A DNA stretch of 64,000 bases from IMGVR_UViG_3300023174_000042:186001-250000, one strand, 5' to 3'. Counted from the first letter of the stretch, positions 1 to 10,580 are shown. Notes: generated by a model not told the origin, from the sequence alone. Translations and numbers: made by a program.

Positions 1-245
1 GTTGGTTGAATTTTATTTATCAAATTTTCGTAAGCAATAATTGATTCGTTTACAAACTCAACGGCCATATTTTCTGATAAACCTTTTTTTGTTGATAACT
101 CATCATACAAGAAAAAAAGTTTAGAAATATTTTTATTTTTTAAAACCAACTCTTCAAAAATAAAAAAATTATCTTTAAATAAATTTTTCTTGTAAGACTC
201 AGTAAGTTGATTTTCTATTTTTGATTTTATTTCACCAAATTTCAT
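1..245 (-). CDS. hypothetical protein, 5' part only (runs off window start)
   Basis: ATG at 245 opens MKFGEIKSKIENQLTESYKKNLFKDN... with no stop before position 1; preceded by the TATTTATA motif. Confidence 0.7.
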   Translation of the reverse strand, partial: MKFGEIKSKIENQLTESYKKNLFKDNFFIFEELVLKNKNISKLFFLYDELSTKKGLSENMAVEFVNESIIAYENLINKIQP

Positions 246-268
246 TTTTTTTGTTTTTTTTATAAATA

Positions 269-727
269 TCAACTTATTTTATTTATTTCATCTATTTCCG
301 TTTCACTAGTTTCTTCATCATATTCGTCTCGGTCAATCATCTCACCATTCCACCAATCATATCCACCAAACCAAGAAGTATAATCTTCAACACCTTCTAT
401 GTCATCAAAGTAGCTTTCATATGTATTTTTCCAATACTCTATAACTTGAATACTTGCATATCTTTTTGTTACAATTTCATATTCGTGTAACTCAGGTATG
501 TTAATTTCTTCAGTTAAATAATTTGGGTTATCTCTATAGAGCGCAAAAACAAACTCAATATCTTTATTATTAATATTCATTCCAATATCATTAAAAATGT
601 CCCTTACGATTTTTTGATTTGAGCTGGATATTAATTGTCTTCCATCACCAAATTGTTCAATACCTTCATTCATTCTTTTTAGAATAAACTTTAAATTTTT
701 TTGTGGTAGTTTTTCTAATTTACTCAT
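269..727 (-). CDS. acidic hypothetical protein, paralog of 44760..45236
   Basis: 152 aa; shares the MxKxExxPxKxLxxIL start and the P-L--YEI...NTY-SY...GE-ID pattern with 44760..45236. Confidence 0.75.
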   Translation of the reverse strand: MSKLEKLPQKNLKFILKRMNEGIEQFGDGRQLISSSNQKIVRDIFNDIGMNINNKDIEFVFALYRDNPNYLTEEINIPELHEYEIVTKRYASIQVIEYWKNTYESYFDDIEGVEDYTSWFGGYDWWNGEMIDRDEYDEETSETEIDEINKIS

Positions 728-738
728 GTTAATAAATA

Positions 739-2547
739 TTAGTCACCAAGAAGTTTTGAAAGATGGTCGTCTAAATCACCTAGTGTGCTATTAACTTTTT
801 GAAAATCCAAAAATTCATCTTCATCAAAATCATCATCCAAAGATTCTAAAATCAATTTATTTTTATCTTTTTTTATCGACTCTGGTACTGGGGGTGGTGC
901 CCCTCCTTCAGGTCCAGATGGAGGTGGTGGTGGTGCTCCACCGCCCGCTTCTTCACCAGCAGGGGCCGCTCCTCCACTAGTGGGTGTTCCTCCTGTTACT
1001 GGTTGATAAAGTCTATCTACGGTGCTAAAAATACCTGTCTTAGTGATTATTGTCGCGGTGTTATCGAGTTCTGCAGAAACCGCTCTTTCCATTCTAATTT
1101 GTAATAATTCATTTTTAATTTCATCATCAGAAAAACCAAAAATATGTTTTTTAGCCCAAGTTGCTGAAGTTGGTTGAATTGATTTAGCGATTTCACTAAC
1201 CATATCTTTATACAACGTTACTTTTTCTTTCCAAACATCAATCATTAGAAGGTCCGCTTGTTTTGATGGATTTGTAAGTTGTAATGTAAAATTTGATAAT
1301 TCATCTTCAAAACCCATTAAATATAAATGAATAATTGCGATTTTATTCATTTCGGCAATGGCCGATTTTTGAATTCTATTAATCGTTCTAGCAAATCTAA
1401 TATCCAAAAGAGAAAGATTTTTTCCATCACCAACTGGTTCTTCAAACCCAAGATACGCTTTAGGAACCCTTAATGCCGTGACCAATTTCTTTTGAATATA
1501 TTCAATATCAGCAATTTCAGAAAGGTTTGTTGCTCCCGGTAATGTATCAATCGGACTTGCTTGAGTGGCATCACGAACAGGTATGAAATAATCTTGATCC
1601 ACCGCCATTTGATTAAAACGTAAATCAACGTTTCCGGTTTTTCTATCAACAACCTGATCTCTTTTAAATTTGTTGGCAACTCTTTGAACATATGGTTCAA
1701 CATCTTTATCATCCATGTTCCCAACAAATACTTTAAACACCCTTCTTTCAGGAGCTCTTGATGTTCTATAAATTAACATCGCATCTTCAGATAAAACCAA
1801 TTGTTTCCAAATACGACGTGCTTTTTCTAACATTGACGTTCCATAAGGAAGTTTTCTATCATCACCCAATAATCTAAAGTGAGCAACTTCCCAAGTGTTA
1901 AACTCGGCGTCTCTTGCTTTCCATGAAAACTTTAAAGCCTTTCTGTTAACGTTTATTGTTGATTGAAAAGTTCTAGAATCCATACCCCTTTCTAATCTTT
2001 CAATTTCAATATTTGGTAATTGTAAACAACCTGTAACACCTTTTTCGTGATCTAACTTTAGATAAACAAAATTATCACCATATTTACACATATTTCTAAT
2101 CCACATAGGTAGATTAGTGTTAATATCTAAAACATTAACAAACAAATCGACTAAAATACTTTTGATTCTTTTTGACTCTGAATAAACTTGTAAAATGTAT
2201 CCATTTTGATCGGGTGTTGTTGATTCTTCGGCATATATGTCCAAAGCTGTTGAAATTTCAGGAGTATATTCCATCGATTCGTAATCATAAAACGCAGCCA
2301 ATCTTGTTGGTTCATAGTAAACGGCTTGTGTATAAAGATTATTTTCTACTTTAGCCCAATTGGTGCTAAGATATAATGATTGTTGATTTTGTAACTTAGC
2401 CCTTTCGTATTCGGCCTTATCTTGTGTTTTTAAAAGTTCTTTTTTATCTAATTTGTAATCTGGTTGCCCTTGACCTAAAGTAGAGTCAGGACCAAAGGTT
2501 TTTGCCAATCTTTGCCAAACCGTAAGATTTTGATTATTATTTTCCAT
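739..2547 (-). CDS. portal protein (T4 gp20-like)
   Basis: 602 aa with gp20-type motifs SMLEKARRIWKQLVLSEDAMLIYRTSRAPERRVF, DYFIP, IDTLPG and DIEYIQKKLVTALRVP; Pro/Gly-rich C-terminal tail; near TerL. Confidence 0.93.
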   Translation of the reverse strand: MENNNQNLTVWQRLAKTFGPDSTLGQGQPDYKLDKKELLKTQDKAEYERAKLQNQQSLYLSTNWAKVENNLYTQAVYYEPTRLAAFYDYESMEYTPEISTALDIYAEESTTPDQNGYILQVYSESKRIKSILVDLFVNVLDINTNLPMWIRNMCKYGDNFVYLKLDHEKGVTGCLQLPNIEIERLERGMDSRTFQSTINVNRKALKFSWKARDAEFNTWEVAHFRLLGDDRKLPYGTSMLEKARRIWKQLVLSEDAMLIYRTSRAPERRVFKVFVGNMDDKDVEPYVQRVANKFKRDQVVDRKTGNVDLRFNQMAVDQDYFIPVRDATQASPIDTLPGATNLSEIADIEYIQKKLVTALRVPKAYLGFEEPVGDGKNLSLLDIRFARTINRIQKSAIAEMNKIAIIHLYLMGFEDELSNFTLQLTNPSKQADLLMIDVWKEKVTLYKDMVSEIAKSIQPTSATWAKKHIFGFSDDEIKNELLQIRMERAVSAELDNTATIITKTGIFSTVDRLYQPVTGGTPTSGGAAPAGEEAGGGAPPPPPSGPEGGAPPPVPESIKKDKNKLILESLDDDFDEDEFLDFQKVNSTLGDLDDHLSKLLGD

Positions 2548-2614
2548 ATTAATAATTTAACTATAGATATAAATATTTCAATAGTAATTTGTCTTTTATG
2601 ATATTTTCCTTATG

Positions 2615-3949
2615 CTATATGGCGTTGATATAAGTATTCCATGCTGTCACAAATGCGGTGTTTTGACTACCCAAATAACCACCCATAGCATATCCAGCAA
2701 CAATATGATTTCCGAAGTTGATTCCTGATCTTCCGATAAACTGATTGTTGTTCTGAACGGATGTTACAAATGACAATCTGGCAGTTATAGATGTTCCATT
2801 AGAAAGTCTAAGAGATTGACTACCAAGTCTTTGAATTGATTTAACTGATGGAATGTTTTTTGGTCCACTTGGGTCGTTTAGATAATTAAACGCAGTATTA
2901 AGATCAAAAGGACCTTGGTTAATTCGTTGTGCTAACGAATTTCCTAACTGAAAGCTGTTTATATATGAATTTGGTGTTGTTCCTATACCATCAAAAACTC
3001 CAGACGTTACCGAATATGGCATAAAATACCTTGATGATTGTGAAGTTTGATAATTGACACCACTTGTAAATGGATTGAACTGAGTATCAATATAACCACT
3101 CACACCATCTAAAGAGAATCCTTGGTTCGGAATAAACGTATAACCACTGTAAGCGACCGAGTTTCTGGTGTTAGTTTTCCAATCAGTTAGGGCATAAAAC
3201 TCATCTCCGTCTGTTGCACAAACTATGAAATAATCTAACTTAGCCCAAGCGCCAGATGATTTAACACCTAACATTAATTGATTTTGTAAAATACTTTGTC
3301 CAACCGAAGGAGGTCCTATTGTGTATCCTGTGTAAATTGCATAATAATCACTATCGTAAATATAATTGGTGTTATTACTGCTATTAGCAACTCCACTACC
3401 ATATAGATTTATTGCCGTTACTTCACAATAAACGTAAGTGTTTGCTTCAGATTGTGTTAGTAAGTAAGAAGAATTAGTCGCTCCTGTTATTAAAGTAGGA
3501 CTTCCACCTGAATAATTTACACTATACCACTGATAAGTAAAAGATGTTGGTGAATTACTCCACGTCCCGTTAGAGGTTAATAATACCGAACCAACTGAAT
3601 TTACTCCTGAAACCACAGGGATACTAATGTTTGTTGGAGGTAAAGGTATAGGTGGTGTTGGAGTTGGGGTTGGTGTATTTGTCGGGGTTTGTGTTGGTGT
3701 GGGTGTATTAGTTGGTGATTGTGATGGTTGAGGGGTATTAGTTGGTGTATTTGTTGGTGTCACTGATGGAGTTGGTTGGGGTGTTAAAAACGGCAATATT
3801 TGTTCTAATAAATCTCGATCGATTGGTGCTGATTTTTTGTTTTTAAAAGTTGGCTCAAAAACTTTTTGTCCAAGATACTGCTGACCAGGAACAATAAGTC
3901 TTGATCCGTTGGCTATTTTTCCATTTTTCTTTCTATAACTTAGTCCCAT
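2615..3949 (-). CDS. PT-repeat, Ig-like-domain virion or surface protein
   Basis: Pro/Thr repeat linker followed by an Ig-like module (G-W...TYQW...GATNSSY...CEVTA-N-YG) and a beta-rich C-terminal domain. Confidence 0.6.
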   Translation of the reverse strand: MGLSYRKKNGKIANGSRLIVPGQQYLGQKVFEPTFKNKKSAPIDRDLLEQILPFLTPQPTPSVTPTNTPTNTPQPSQSPTNTPTPTQTPTNTPTPTPTPPIPLPPTNISIPVVSGVNSVGSVLLTSNGTWSNSPTSFTYQWYSVNYSGGSPTLITGATNSSYLLTQSEANTYVYCEVTAINLYGSGVANSSNNTNYIYDSDYYAIYTGYTIGPPSVGQSILQNQLMLGVKSSGAWAKLDYFIVCATDGDEFYALTDWKTNTRNSVAYSGYTFIPNQGFSLDGVSGYIDTQFNPFTSGVNYQTSQSSRYFMPYSVTSGVFDGIGTTPNSYINSFQLGNSLAQRINQGPFDLNTAFNYLNDPSGPKNIPSVKSIQRLGSQSLRLSNGTSITARLSFVTSVQNNNQFIGRSGINFGNHIVAGYAMGGYLGSQNTAFVTAWNTYINAI

Positions 3950-3953
3950 TTTT

Positions 3954-5732
3954 TTATCTTCTTATTCCCCCAAATAACCAACCATATTTTTGATAATCAT
4001 CTCTGGTTGGTCCATTATTTTGAAATCCCGCTCTTTCTCTCAATACGTTATCGTTAGGTATTGTAGGATTAAACTCTATTTCTTTTTTTACCGAATCGTT
4101 ATTTACAACCGCCCAAGAATCAATCATTGATTTTGCTTGTTCGGTTGCTTTTTCTAATCTTGAAAAAGAAGACTCCCCAACATAAATAGCCATCGACATT
4201 CCCATGATTAAATCATCATGTTGTCCTTTTTGGTGATCAGGTCTTCCATTAACATAAACAAACGTGTTCATTTCACTAAATAAACGAACACTTTTTACTT
4301 TAAATTTGTGTCTTATTGCTTCTTCAAAGGATGCAATAATCTGAACTCTTTTATTATTAAAATTAATTCCCGGTATTTTTTCACTATTACCTTTGTTTGA
4401 TGACCAAACATTAAAAGCATCGACACCATCCACATATAAGTTTCTATATCCAAGTTCTTGCATTTTTCTTACAGTTGTAATACCCATACCTCCTGTAATA
4501 TCGACAACGACAAAACAATTATACATAATACCCCACTTGTATGCAACTTCTGCTAGTGTGTCAGGTGGAATTTTTCCAACATATTCTAAAACTTGTTCTC
4601 TATCATCAAAATCAATAATTTGAATAGTTGAATAATCCTCGCTGTCGCCACGAGATACGTCAACACCCATTATATATTTGTGACCTTCAATCGGATCTTT
4701 CCAAATCCAAAGCGAATTTCCCATAAGTTTTGATACTGGATCTTGTAAAAAATCATTTTTTATGTCCTCAAGTTGTTTGTTGTCAAATACGTTATCTCCC
4801 GAACCCAAGAATTCACAATTTAACTCTTGGTTTATTTTTCGTTTGTCGTATTTAAGTTTTTTAACCATTTTTTCATACCAAGAAGAACATGGTTTATATC
4901 CTTGTTTGAAAAAATGTTTTAATTCTTCATAATCTCTTTCATAGGGATCTATGTGTGAAAGGGAAATATTTTTTGAATCATCATATTCTTCTCGATTCAA
5001 AAGATAATGAACTAAATCTTCTGTTGGAACTAAATATAAATCCTTTGTATATCTTGGATCTCTATACCAAAACATTTCAGAAATTTTAAATTGGTTCATT
5101 CCTTTTAATGCCTGATCGTATATGTCGTGATAAATTGCATCATATCCGTTTGGTGTTGATATTACAATTACTTTACCACCCGTAGATAGGGACGCCATAC
5201 AAGCGGCCCAAAAGTCACCATCGGCCTCAATAAACGCCGCCTCATCAAAAATAAGTATTGTTGGTGTAAACCCACGAAGAGCGTCTTTTGAAGTCGCTAC
5301 CGCCTTAACCTCGGAACCATTATTTAATTTATAATGTCTTTGTGAATTTTTCTCGGCAGAAAATCCAGCACCAACCCAAGATGGCCATTGATCAACAAAT
5401 GTTCTAATTTTATTTGACATCTCCATCGAGGTATCAAGTTTGTTGGCAATTATTAGAATTTTTTCAGGTTGTGTTTTTTTTGCAAATACCAGTCTTTTTG
5501 AAATCCAAGCGGCTGTTACCGTAGATACTCCCGCTTGTCTATATTTTAACGCAATATTTTCTTCGTATTCTTCGTAATCTTTTAATAAAGAAATTTGATC
5601 AGGGAATAGCTCCAAAGGAACGTATTTTGACACGGTATTATCATATGTTTGTAAATATGTTCTAAGAGCATATGGAGTGTCGCTCATACATTTAGCATAT
5701 TCAATTAAAACTTGTTCTTTAGATAAACCCAT
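3954..5732 (-). CDS. terL: terminase large subunit (T4 gp17-like)
   Basis: Walker A-like KYRQAGVST, Walker B LIFDEAAF, coupling motif ISTPNG, nuclease motifs MGVDVSRG and HDDLIM. Confidence 0.95.
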   Translation of the reverse strand: MGLSKEQVLIEYAKCMSDTPYALRTYLQTYDNTVSKYVPLELFPDQISLLKDYEEYEENIALKYRQAGVSTVTAAWISKRLVFAKKTQPEKILIIANKLDTSMEMSNKIRTFVDQWPSWVGAGFSAEKNSQRHYKLNNGSEVKAVATSKDALRGFTPTILIFDEAAFIEADGDFWAACMASLSTGGKVIVISTPNGYDAIYHDIYDQALKGMNQFKISEMFWYRDPRYTKDLYLVPTEDLVHYLLNREEYDDSKNISLSHIDPYERDYEELKHFFKQGYKPCSSWYEKMVKKLKYDKRKINQELNCEFLGSGDNVFDNKQLEDIKNDFLQDPVSKLMGNSLWIWKDPIEGHKYIMGVDVSRGDSEDYSTIQIIDFDDREQVLEYVGKIPPDTLAEVAYKWGIMYNCFVVVDITGGMGITTVRKMQELGYRNLYVDGVDAFNVWSSNKGNSEKIPGINFNNKRVQIIASFEEAIRHKFKVKSVRLFSEMNTFVYVNGRPDHQKGQHDDLIMGMSMAIYVGESSFSRLEKATEQAKSMIDSWAVVNNDSVKKEIEFNPTIPNDNVLRERAGFQNNGPTRDDYQKYGWLFGGIRR

Positions 5733-5770
5733 ATTACATAAATATCAATCTTGGGTTTTTGTTGTAAAGA

Positions 5771-6631
5771 TTACTTTTTACCAATAGAAAACATTTTACC
5801 GATTGGTAATTCCATGGGTGCTTGGTCAGAAAACATTGTCAATTTTTTTGGTTTACGAATAATCATAGAATCAGATTTTTTTATTTTTTTTTTGATTGTA
5901 TTAACCAAATCTTTTTTTGACATTTTTGGTTCAATATTGTTTTCAACAATATTTTCAATTTTATCTTCCAAATATTTTTGTAAACTTTCTTTAGTTTCAC
6001 TTTTTTTATAATTTACAGTTTTCTCGGGATGTTTTTTTTCTGGCATGTTTTTATATTCTTTTTTTGTTGTAGAATCAGAAAACTCTTTTGCCATTTTACA
6101 CCATTTACAATTTTTAGAAGAACATTTATTACAACGAGCCCAAAATAAACCTTGTTGGGCTTTTGATTCGAACTTTTCGTTTAATTTAGATTCCGCAATT
6201 CCTTCATTACCTCTATCATTACAAGAATCATCGTCCATACCATCACAGGCTTGATCATTAGCATCATGAGGAGCTTCTTGCCCTGTATATGATTGTAAAG
6301 ATAAATCACCTAAAGCGTTTGAAGATGTAACATCATCAGTTTCATCTTCTTGTATTTCTTCAGTTGGGGTTGCTTTTATACCTGTGTTTGTTTTTTGAAT
6401 TACCATTTTTTTACCTGGAACTTCAGGTATTGTAGTTCCTTTTTCTAAATCGGCGTTTGGTATTTCATAACTGGTTGTAACTTTTTGTGTAACCGCTTCT
6501 TTATTTTCTCTTTTGTTTAGTTTTTTGAACTTTTCAACCAACAAACCAAATTGTTTATTAGACAATGACGAAATTGTATTAGAAGATAATCCGTTCTCAA
6601 GCAAAAATAAAATATTTTTTTTAGTTTTCAT
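5771..6631 (-). CDS. hypothetical head-associated protein
   Basis: Probable start MKTKKNILFLLE at 6631; acidic middle, Cys cluster (CNKC...CKWC), internal (I/L)xE motifs; directly upstream of terL. Confidence 0.6.
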   Translation of the reverse strand: MKTKKNILFLLENGLSSNTISSLSNKQFGLLVEKFKKLNKRENKEAVTQKVTTSYEIPNADLEKGTTIPEVPGKKMVIQKTNTGIKATPTEEIQEDETDDVTSSNALGDLSLQSYTGQEAPHDANDQACDGMDDDSCNDRGNEGIAESKLNEKFESKAQQGLFWARCNKCSSKNCKWCKMAKEFSDSTTKKEYKNMPEKKHPEKTVNYKKSETKESLQKYLEDKIENIVENNIEPKMSKKDLVNTIKKKIKKSDSMIIRKPKKLTMFSDQAPMELPIGKMFSIGKK

Positions 6632-7028
6632 AAACCACTTTTTTTTCAAATTGTAATACTATATCTCTTTCATATAGTTTGTTTTTAACATCTTCTTCAG
6701 ATTCTCCAAAGTGAAAAACTAAACGTTTTACTAATGAAAAATCAATGTTATCGGTTTCAACCTCCCAACCCATAGCAATAACTCCATCCATAGAATCAAT
6801 CAAAGAAAATACATCTGAATTTTGAACCAAATCAAAAGATATTTCTTCATTTATCATAGTTCCAACTTTTCTGATATATTCTAAGTCAGGTGGTGATGGA
6901 TAACCATTTGCTGGTTTTGATTCCCAATTTTCACCAAAAACTTCCAAAGTGTCGGAAAAAATAAATTCATAAATATTGTCCCCTTTATAGTTTGGACCTA
7001 AACCATTAATATAAATCAATCGATTCAT
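6621..7028 (-). CDS. hypothetical protein
   Basis: 135 aa ORF overlapping both neighbours, consistent with translational coupling. Confidence 0.7.
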   Translation of the reverse strand: MNRLIYINGLGPNYKGDNIYEFIFSDTLEVFGENWESKPANGYPSPPDLEYIRKVGTMINEEISFDLVQNSDVFSLIDSMDGVIAMGWEVETDNIDFSLVKRLVFHFGESEEDVKNKLYERDIVLQFEKKVVYEN

Positions 7029-8518
7029 ATAATATCACCATTTTTTGTGATTTTAGTTTCGTTAAGTCCGTCTTTAAAAATTAAATTTCCTCTTGTTGAT
7101 AATCCTATCAATCTTGTTCTTGGATTTTGTTTAATATAATTCAAAGAAACATCTAATTGATTTCCTGATTCAGAAAGTCTAATAACATTTTCTTTATTTT
7201 GTTTGTAAAGTTGGTTTGTCTTAGTTTCTTTTGATTTTTGATAGTTATTGTTGTCATCTTCATTTGTAAGAAAATATTTTGACAAAACTTTATCTACTTT
7301 GGATTCGGCAAAAGTCCCATGTTCAAATCTATCAACATTGGGATAATTTTTTCTTCCCCTTCTTCTTTCTCTGTGATATTCGTCTTGATCATCAAATTCG
7401 TTATCAAAATGATGTGTCATAGACTCAGTTTTTTCGCCTTGCATATTTCTGATTGCGATATTAGAATATGCCCCACCTAATAGGTCTTGGAATGCGTCGC
7501 CAAAATTGTCATATCCTTCGGCCATTTCAGGTTCTTGTGGTGGTTCAGGAGCCACATCTTCATTACCCATTTCAGGTTCTTCTATTTTTTTCTTTCTAAC
7601 TTTTATTTCTTCTTCATCTCCTTTTTCTTCACCTTCTTCTTCAACCCCCTCAAGTTTAGAAATAATTTGTTCAATATCGTCTTCGTCTAAAGCATCAACA
7701 TCAATCGCAGATAAAATAGAGTTAATAATATATTTTATGTCTTTAGCGTCCAATTCTTTTTCTTCCTCATACGATCTTATTTTTTGGGCTAACTTACCTG
7801 TTAAAATTTGTATTCTTTTAAGTTCTGATACCTTTTTTTCTTTTGGTTTTTCTTCAACATCAACTTCTTCCTCTTCTTCTTCTCCTCCCATATCAGGTGC
7901 CGGCATTGGTTGTTCTTCTCCTCCCATATCAGGAGCCGGTTCTTCCATTGGTGATCCTCCCATATCAGGAGCCGGTTCTTCCATTGGTGATCCTCCCATA
8001 TCAGGTGCTGGCATTGCTTGTTCTTCTCCACCCATATCAGGTGCGGGAGCAGGTGCTTCTGGTGCGGGTTCAGGAGCAGGAGTTGCGGGAGCGGGTTCTG
8101 TGGTTTCTGATTCAGGACCTTCCGTTGTTTTTGGTTTTTTACTTTTCAGTATGAACTTTTTTTTTTGCTCCCCTAAAAGTGGTGTCCCTTCTTCATTTTC
8201 AAAAAGAGTATTAATTTCTTTTGTCATTAGATTTAATCTCTTTAATGCTTGTGAATATGAAGAATAATATTTTCTTCCTTTAATATTGTCTATGTATTCA
8301 GTTTCAGACTCATTAATAGTTTTTTTAATGATATATCCTTGTCTTTCTTTGATAATCTCATAAGAATTACCATCCGCCAAACTGATTTTATACTCACTTG
8401 ATTGAATATCATTATTTCTTTGTGGGATATTTTCATTATAACGAGCAATTTCCATTATTCGTCTTAATTTGTCTGTTCCTTGAAGTTTTTCACTTCCGAT
8501 AGGTTTAATTCCTGCCAT
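7025..8518 (-). CDS. acidic Pro-rich repeat protein, possible prohead core or scaffold-associated protein
   Basis: 497 aa, Glu-rich, five PAPDMGG repeats, multiple xxE motifs; lies in the head gene cluster. Confidence 0.55.
   Translation of the reverse strand: MAGIKPIGSEKLQGTDKLRRIMEIARYNENIPQRNNDIQSSEYKISLADGNSYEIIKERQGYIIKKTINESETEYIDNIKGRKYYSSYSQALKRLNLMTKEINTLFENEEGTPLLGEQKKKFILKSKKPKTTEGPESETTEPAPATPAPEPAPEAPAPAPDMGGEEQAMPAPDMGGSPMEEPAPDMGGSPMEEPAPDMGGEEQPMPAPDMGGEEEEEEVDVEEKPKEKKVSELKRIQILTGKLAQKIRSYEEEKELDAKDIKYIINSILSAIDVDALDEDDIEQIISKLEGVEEEGEEKGDEEEIKVRKKKIEEPEMGNEDVAPEPPQEPEMAEGYDNFGDAFQDLLGGAYSNIAIRNMQGEKTESMTHHFDNEFDDQDEYHRERRRGRKNYPNVDRFEHGTFAESKVDKVLSKYFLTNEDDNNNYQKSKETKTNQLYKQNKENVIRLSESGNQLDVSLNYIKQNPRTRLIGLSTRGNLIFKDGLNETKITKNGDII
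7883..8047. repeat. coding tandem repeat (~36 bp unit) encoding PAPDMGG...
   Basis: Recurring cccatatcagg(a/t)gc core, with two identical cctcccatatcaggagccggttcttccattggtgat units. Confidence 0.85.
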
Positions 8519-8595
8519 AATTATTTTTTGTATTATGAATTATTTTTTTCTTAATAAATATATCAATAAATATATTTGTTTGAAATTCTGATTAA

Positions 8596-9330
8596 TTATT
8601 GTTTCATTGACAATCCCTTTTCTAAAATCTTGTGTGATGCTTCACTTAATTTTTCTAAATATCCATTTCTTCTTAGGATTTTAAACACCAAATTTTCTGA
8701 AGAATATTCGCCTCCTTTTTGAAGACCACAAGTTCTGAATTTTTTTAATTTGTCCTTGTATTTGGAAATTAATTCTTTAGCATCTTCAATATCTTCACCT
8801 TCAATATTTTCCAACACTTTATCAATATTGTCCATCCACTGCTTTGCCTTTCTTTTAATTGTGTTTTTATCTATTTCTATATCTTCTTTTTTTGGTTTGT
8901 TTTGCCAATCATTATATAATAATGAATATATACCGCTTGAAAAATGTGCTTCATCTTCCGATTCTACATATAATTCTGTTTCATAACCAAAAATTCTAAT
9001 GTCGTGATCTTTGTTAAAGATCGCTTTTTTTAACATAAATAATTCTTTATACAAGTCGATTTGGGAAGGTAGAAACTGATTGAAATTTGCAATTATGTGA
9101 ATGTCAAAATCAGAATATTTTGACCAATTATAATTTGCTAAAGAACCTGTTAAAACAATATCTGTAACAATTATGTCTATTTTAAGATATTCTATAAATT
9201 GATTGGCGATTTCCAACAAACGATTTCTTACTTCGGGTTTCATAGTATATGAATTACCCTCTTTAATCCATATTTTAGGATTTAATTCTTTTTGTGGTTC
9301 AAAACTTTTAATTAGTTCTGTTGTATTCAT
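8596..9330 (-). CDS. Pol-beta-superfamily nucleotidyltransferase
   Basis: Signature hGS...DhD: IVLTGSLANYNWSKYSDFDIHI, with a third acidic residue in ETELYVE. Confidence 0.8.
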   Translation of the reverse strand: MNTTELIKSFEPQKELNPKIWIKEGNSYTMKPEVRNRLLEIANQFIEYLKIDIIVTDIVLTGSLANYNWSKYSDFDIHIIANFNQFLPSQIDLYKELFMLKKAIFNKDHDIRIFGYETELYVESEDEAHFSSGIYSLLYNDWQNKPKKEDIEIDKNTIKRKAKQWMDNIDKVLENIEGEDIEDAKELISKYKDKLKKFRTCGLQKGGEYSSENLVFKILRRNGYLEKLSEASHKILEKGLSMKQ

Positions 9331-9349
9331 ATAGATAAATACTTTCTAA

Positions 9350-9592
9350 TTATAGTTTCTTGTATGGATAAGTTTTAGAAATGTTTTTATTAAAATAATT
9401 TCCTTGTGATTGAGCTGATCTAAATTCGGTATATTTTTGATGTGGGACATTATCATACTCATATCTCATACCATTTTTGAATTCCGCAATCATTTTTTTT
9501 GTTGATGTATCGTATTCAGTTCTAACGATGTTAGATGACTCTACTTCATTTAAAATTGTAAATCCACTAATTATTTCACTTGTAATTGCCAT
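9350..9592 (-). CDS. KTSC domain protein
   Basis: VESSNI--EYD...EFKNG-RYEYDNVP...SAQSQGNYFNKNI matches the KTSC pattern. Confidence 0.9.
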   Translation of the reverse strand: MAITSEIISGFTILNEVESSNIVRTEYDTSTKKMIAEFKNGMRYEYDNVPHQKYTEFRSAQSQGNYFNKNISKTYPYKKL

Positions 9593-9645
9593 AACATTTT
9601 TTTATAAAAAGTTATTTTAAGAAAAACAAAAGTGAATAAAAAAAA

Positions 9646-10152
9646 TTAATTGTCGTAAAGTGGGGTTGTAGCCTTCCAAGAAAAGTTTTGTTTTGGGAAA
9701 TTTGCAACACAGTATCTTTTAAACATTAATTTTGAATTATCTGTTAACGGCAAATTAGGTCCACCAATAAAACTATTTAATTTACCATAATTTGCGTTCC
9801 CTTTATTTTCAATTTCATCACAGTCAACTACCCATGAACCTCCTTTTTTTCCTGTGACTGTTACTACATAATCTACTAAACTTTGATCAACATCTGAAAT
9901 TTTAGAAAAAACACCACCTCCTGTATTATCAACAACTTGGTTATTGTAGGCTTGAGACAAAAGTTGACCATATGTTGCATTTTTTTTTGTTGCATCATTA
10001 TACGTAGGTATGTCTTTTCCGTTAATTTTTACGGTTTTTCCTTGATCTAAATTTTGTGAAGGAGTATCACCAGTTGGATTTTGTTCAAATAATAAAGGTT
10101 TGACATTACCTAACTTTGATTCTAATAATTGTTTAAATCTATTCACATTCAT
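9646..10152 (-). CDS. tagged hypothetical protein
   Basis: Probable start MNVNRFKQLLESKLGNVKPLLFE at 10152, just downstream of a TATTTAT motif. Confidence 0.7.
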   Translation of the reverse strand: MNVNRFKQLLESKLGNVKPLLFEQNPTGDTPSQNLDQGKTVKINGKDIPTYNDATKKNATYGQLLSQAYNNQVVDNTGGGVFSKISDVDQSLVDYVVTVTGKKGGSWVVDCDEIENKGNANYGKLNSFIGGPNLPLTDNSKLMFKRYCVANFPKQNFSWKATTPLYDN

Positions 10153-10217
10153 AATTTTTTGTGTTTGATAATAAATATACACATATAAAAAAAAATCCAC
10201 CATAAAGGTGGATTAAA

Positions 10218-10580
10218 TTACTTAAGAGATTTTATTTGGTCTCGATATTGTATCGCTTTTTCAAAGTCTTGGGTTCGAATACATTCGTCCAATTTAAATT
10301 TCAACTTTGATAACTCTTCTTTGTTTTTTTCTAACTTTTTTATCTCATCTCTTAAATTTACCGCTTCTTCAAAATTTTCTTCTCTAACCGCCAAGTTTAA
10401 CTTTTCTTTTAACACATATAATTCATCAGTAGGTTTTTCATTATTAAAATTTCTTGTCATAAAAGACATAGAATACAAACCATCTTTTGATCTATAAGTA
10501 TTTTTAGTCCAGTTTTTATCATCGAAAGATGAAGAAAAAATTTCATTTAATAATTTGTCAAATTCGTTCCAATTAAACAT
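10218..10580 (-). CDS. tandem UVR (UvrB/C coiled-coil) protein, candidate ClpC adaptor
   Basis: Two UVR motifs, LNLAVREENFEEAVNLRDEIKKL and LDECIRTQDFEKAIQYRDQIKSL; divergent from clpC. Confidence 0.8.
   Translation of the reverse strand: MFNWNEFDKLLNEIFSSSFDDKNWTKNTYRSKDGLYSMSFMTRNFNNEKPTDELYVLKEKLNLAVREENFEEAVNLRDEIKKLEKNKEELSKLKFKLDECIRTQDFEKAIQYRDQIKSLK

Noticed and set aside
7487-8267. Plus-strand and alternate-frame ORFs (253, 103, 76, 67 aa)
   Set aside because: Shadows of the repeat-rich 7025..8518 gene
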